Positions 61,066 to 64,000 of a stretch of 64,000 nt of DNA are shown one piece after another. Source of the stretch: Bilabrum cf. latius (taxonomy: Eukaryota); contig OZ237748.1 of the NCBI GenBank assembly GCA_965178125.1, positions 620,001 to 684,000 on the forward strand, read 5' to 3'. Below the pieces are notes generated by a model. That model saw only the letters and a program-made list of their open reading frames with translations. It was not told the origin of the DNA and did no database searches. Each line of letters opens with the position of its first letter. Position 1 is the first letter of the stretch. The position numbers and the translations under genes were made by a program.

Positions 61066-63718
61066 ATGGCAATGCAGGTCGGCGTCCCTGGCGTAGGCGT
61101 ACAAGGTACTGCTGGTGCCCCAAGCAGCGGTGCTGGTGGCCAAGCAAGCGTACCTGGCGTGTCTGCTCCGCAAGGCCAGCAGCGCAAACCAGTTTCCCTG
61201 TACGTTGCCAACCTGGCACCAGAGACCAACCAGTCCGATCTAGGCAAGCTGTTTGCTTCCATTGGGCCAATTCAAAGCGCTCGCGTCATTTATGATGCTG
61301 TCGACTCAAGTGAGTGGTGCATACCGGCGCATAGCATGCTGCCGGCTTGTTGGCCAATCTTCTCTCAATGCGATTCCAACTTCTGGCACATCTGGAATGC
61401 GGCCTTCCAGCGCGTCAATAGCCTTACAATAGTGTTGAATTTCATTTCGCGCTTTGTTGGGCTGGCGGGTTTTCAATTGGCGTAGCGAAAGCGCATTCCC
61501 GAGCCGAAATGATTTTCTATCGTGGATGATGCTTTCAGTCACGCGAGAACTGATGGCTGAATCGAGACCGATGGCTCCATTTGTGAATTCTTACTCAGTG
61601 TGTGTAGCGGGCCGCAGTGCGCTGTTTGCACCATTTGCCTGCCGCGCTGGTCGAACCACGTGCGCTACATCCGTGTTCCCATCGAACGTTTTGCCACTTC
61701 AACGCAACGCAGACAAGTCGCTCGGGTACGGGTACGTCAACTTTGTAGAGCACGCAGACGCCAAGAGCGCACTGCGCGATTTCAGCGGGCAGATGCTGAA
61801 CGGGAATCCCCTCCGCGTGGCCTGGGTGCAGCGGGACCCCACCCTGCGCCGGAGCGGGCGCGGCAACGTCTTCATCAAGGGCATCGCCCCCAAGTGGAAC
61901 ACCGCGGATCTGTTCGAGTTCGTGGACACTCAGCTGGTGGCCGAGGACGGCAAGACCCCGATTCCCGACTCGATCATGTCGTGCCGCATCGCGCTCAACG
62001 TGGACGGGTCCTCCAAGGGCTACGGGTACGTGCAGTTCGACTCGATGGAGCACGCCCAGCGGGCCATCGACCAGTTCAACGGGCTTACCGTGGATGGGCA
62101 CAAGCTGGAGCTGGAGCACTACAAGCGCAGGGACCAGCGCCGCAAGGACGGGGCCAACCAGTGGACCAACGTGATCGTCTTCGGGCTGCCCCCCCAGTGG
62201 GGAGACCAGGCGCTGGCGGCCATGGCCAAGCAGTCTGGCTTCGATGCGCAGAGCTGCAAGGTGGCGGTGGACTCGGAGGGCAAGAGCAGGGGGTTTGGGT
62301 ACGTCAACCTGCGCTCGAACGGGGATGCGGTTGCATTCACGAGCAAGGTGACGGGGAGCATCTGGAGCGAGGACGTGGATCTCGTCAAGGCGGCGCCCGC
62401 CCCTCAGGAAGAGGGCAAGGTGGCGGGGGGAGATGGCGAGAAGGCGGGGCCGGGGGGCGCAGGGGAGGACGAGGGCGAGAGCAAGGACGGGGAGGGCAAG
62501 GAGGCAGCTGCTGCCCGCCCTCTGCTGGGCTCGCAGGAGTCCAGGAAGAGGGCGGGGGCTGCCGATGACGGGTCGGGGTACGTGCTGGACGCGCGGCGGC
62601 ACATGACCCGCGCCGAGATCGGCCGGTAGAAGGAGGAGCAGAGGCGCAAGCTGCGGGCCTCCCGTGCCAAGAGCAACTCGAACCTGTTCGTGCGTCAGCT
62701 GGACGAGGAGGTGACGGAGGATGACCTGCGGGCCGAATTCGAGGACTGCGGGCGCATCACGAGCGTCAAGGTGGCCCGGGACCAGGAGACGGGGGTGTCC
62801 CGCGGGTTTGGCTTCGTGGCTTTCTCCAAGGACGAGGAGGCGCAGGAGGCGCTGCGCAAGGACCGTACCCTGCTGCGTGGCAAGCCCATCAAGGTGGTGC
62901 TGCACGTGCCCAGGGACCAGCGGGCCAGGCAGCTGGCGGAGAAGAAGCGCAAGCAGGCGCAGAGGCAGGGCATGATGGCGGCTCAGGGCATGGGCATGGG
63001 CGGCGGGCCCGGCATGATGGGCGGCCCCATGGGCATGATGGGGGTGATGGGCATGCAGATACAGCCCATGATCATGCAGCGCGCCGCCCAGCTGCTCATG
63101 CAGCTCTCGCAGGAGGCGCAGAGGCAGAAGGGGGCTGCCCTGTCCATGCAGGAGCAGCAGCAGCTCATGCAGCGGGCCTTCATGGGCGCCCAGCAGGAGG
63201 TCATGCAGCAGATGTACCGCCAGCAGATGGCCATGATGCAGCAGATGCAGCAGCAGCAGCAGCAGCAGGGGGGGCAGCAGGGGGGGAGGGCCGCGCAGCC
63301 GCCGCAGGTGGCACAGGCCCAGCCCCAGGCACAGGCCCAGGCCCAGGCCGGCCAGCAGGCAGGAGCGGGTGCAGGCGCGGCCCAGCAGGCCCCCCCTGCA
63401 GTGTCCGCCTCGCAGCCCTCGTAGGCCGCCGCCTTCCTCGAGAGGATCAGGCACATGGCGCCCAACGAGCAGAAGCAGGCCATCGGCACCGAGCTCTACT
63501 CGCTGCTGCAGCGGCTCCCGTACGAGCGCCCAGCGATCAACGGGGTGGATGATCTGGAGGGGGCCATCACGGGCATGCTGCTCAATGGGTACCAGGGCGG
63601 AGACCCGGGGGCGCTCGTGGGGCTGCTGGACGAGCCAGCGACGCTGCAGAACCAGGCCAAGGAAGCTGTCTCTATGCTGGTTTCTTCTCGCGGGCTGCAG
63701 GGTGCACCTGCCCAGTGA
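61066..63718 (+). CDS. PABP: Cytoplasmic poly(A)-binding protein (4 RRM + MLLE); join(61066-61309, 61713-63718)
   Basis: SLYVANL, SLGYGYVNF, QRDPTLRRSGRGNVFIK, SKGYGYVQF, SRGFGYVNL, NLFVRQL, SRGFGFVAF, Gln/Met-rich linker, QKQAIGTELY...ITGMLL. TAG 62627 and 63422 are in frame; TGA stop. Confidence 0.95.
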
Positions 63719-64000
63719 TTCAATGGAAGCTAGCGATCTGTGCGGCAAGAGATGGATACTGGCCCAATGGTCCCATGGTTTCAATCGGCACTTGGTGTGG
63801 CATCTGGCCACGTTGCCCATGCTCTGCTCAACCAGGCCTGCAGTTGCAATCATTAAACACTGCAAGCGATATGTATTCTTATTGCAGTTCCGTACAAACT
63901 GTCCGAGTTAGTCTTGGCCCTTGGCCCTCACACTCGTACTAGAAGTAGCCCCGCAAACGCCCCAGGCCTACAGACTAGACTACTAGCAGTCGAGTGGGCG

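Noticed and set aside
16740-63718. TAG-containing genes as a cluster of pseudogenes
   Set aside because: Actin, ATG18, PABP, LETM1 and PEPCK have only TAG interruptions, no frameshifts, intact motifs and, for actin, the expected length. The real pseudogene at 10.5-11 kb shows TGA and frameshifts.
24162-63718. eIF4E and PABP as a functional translation-factor cluster
   Set aside because: They are 35 kb apart with unrelated genes between them; no evidence beyond chance.
61595-63865. 756-aa antisense ORF, and similar ones opposite PEPCK, ATG18 and 29021-30424
   Set aside because: Shadow ORFs caused by high GC at third codon positions of genes on the other strand.

Overview
GC-rich, intron-containing eukaryotic (protist-like) nuclear DNA. 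The main result is that intact housekeeping genes here contain in-frame TAG codons, including at highly conserved Gln positions (actin LF*P = LFQP, ATG18/WIPI FN*D = FNQD), while every gene end I could trace is TAA or TGA. This points to a rare nuclear code with UAG = Gln and UAA/UGA as stops, which is why the supplied ORF track is fragmented. Layout: 0-16 kb is a tandem cluster of ankyrin genes with one repeat per exon, plus a 3.4-kb TIR element and an actin pseudogene. 16.7-31 kb holds a divergent actin, an NAD-dependent epimerase/reductase, ATP-type PEPCK, an eIF4E-family gene, a frameshifted Cys-rich multi-TM gene and an unknown gene. 31.5-50.6 kb is a repeat domain: duplicated AT-rich blocks, 19-bp satellite arrays in both orientations, a 17-copy ~133-bp array carrying the 3' end of tRNA-Gly(CCC), and a 10.65-kb segment with terminal direct repeats and one large unknown gene sitting exactly at the 3' end of the tRNA-Gly gene. 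50.8-64 kb holds an alpha/beta hydrolase, ATG18/WIPI, LETM1 and PABP. All calls come from manual reading and motif recognition; no searches were run and the taxon is not established.
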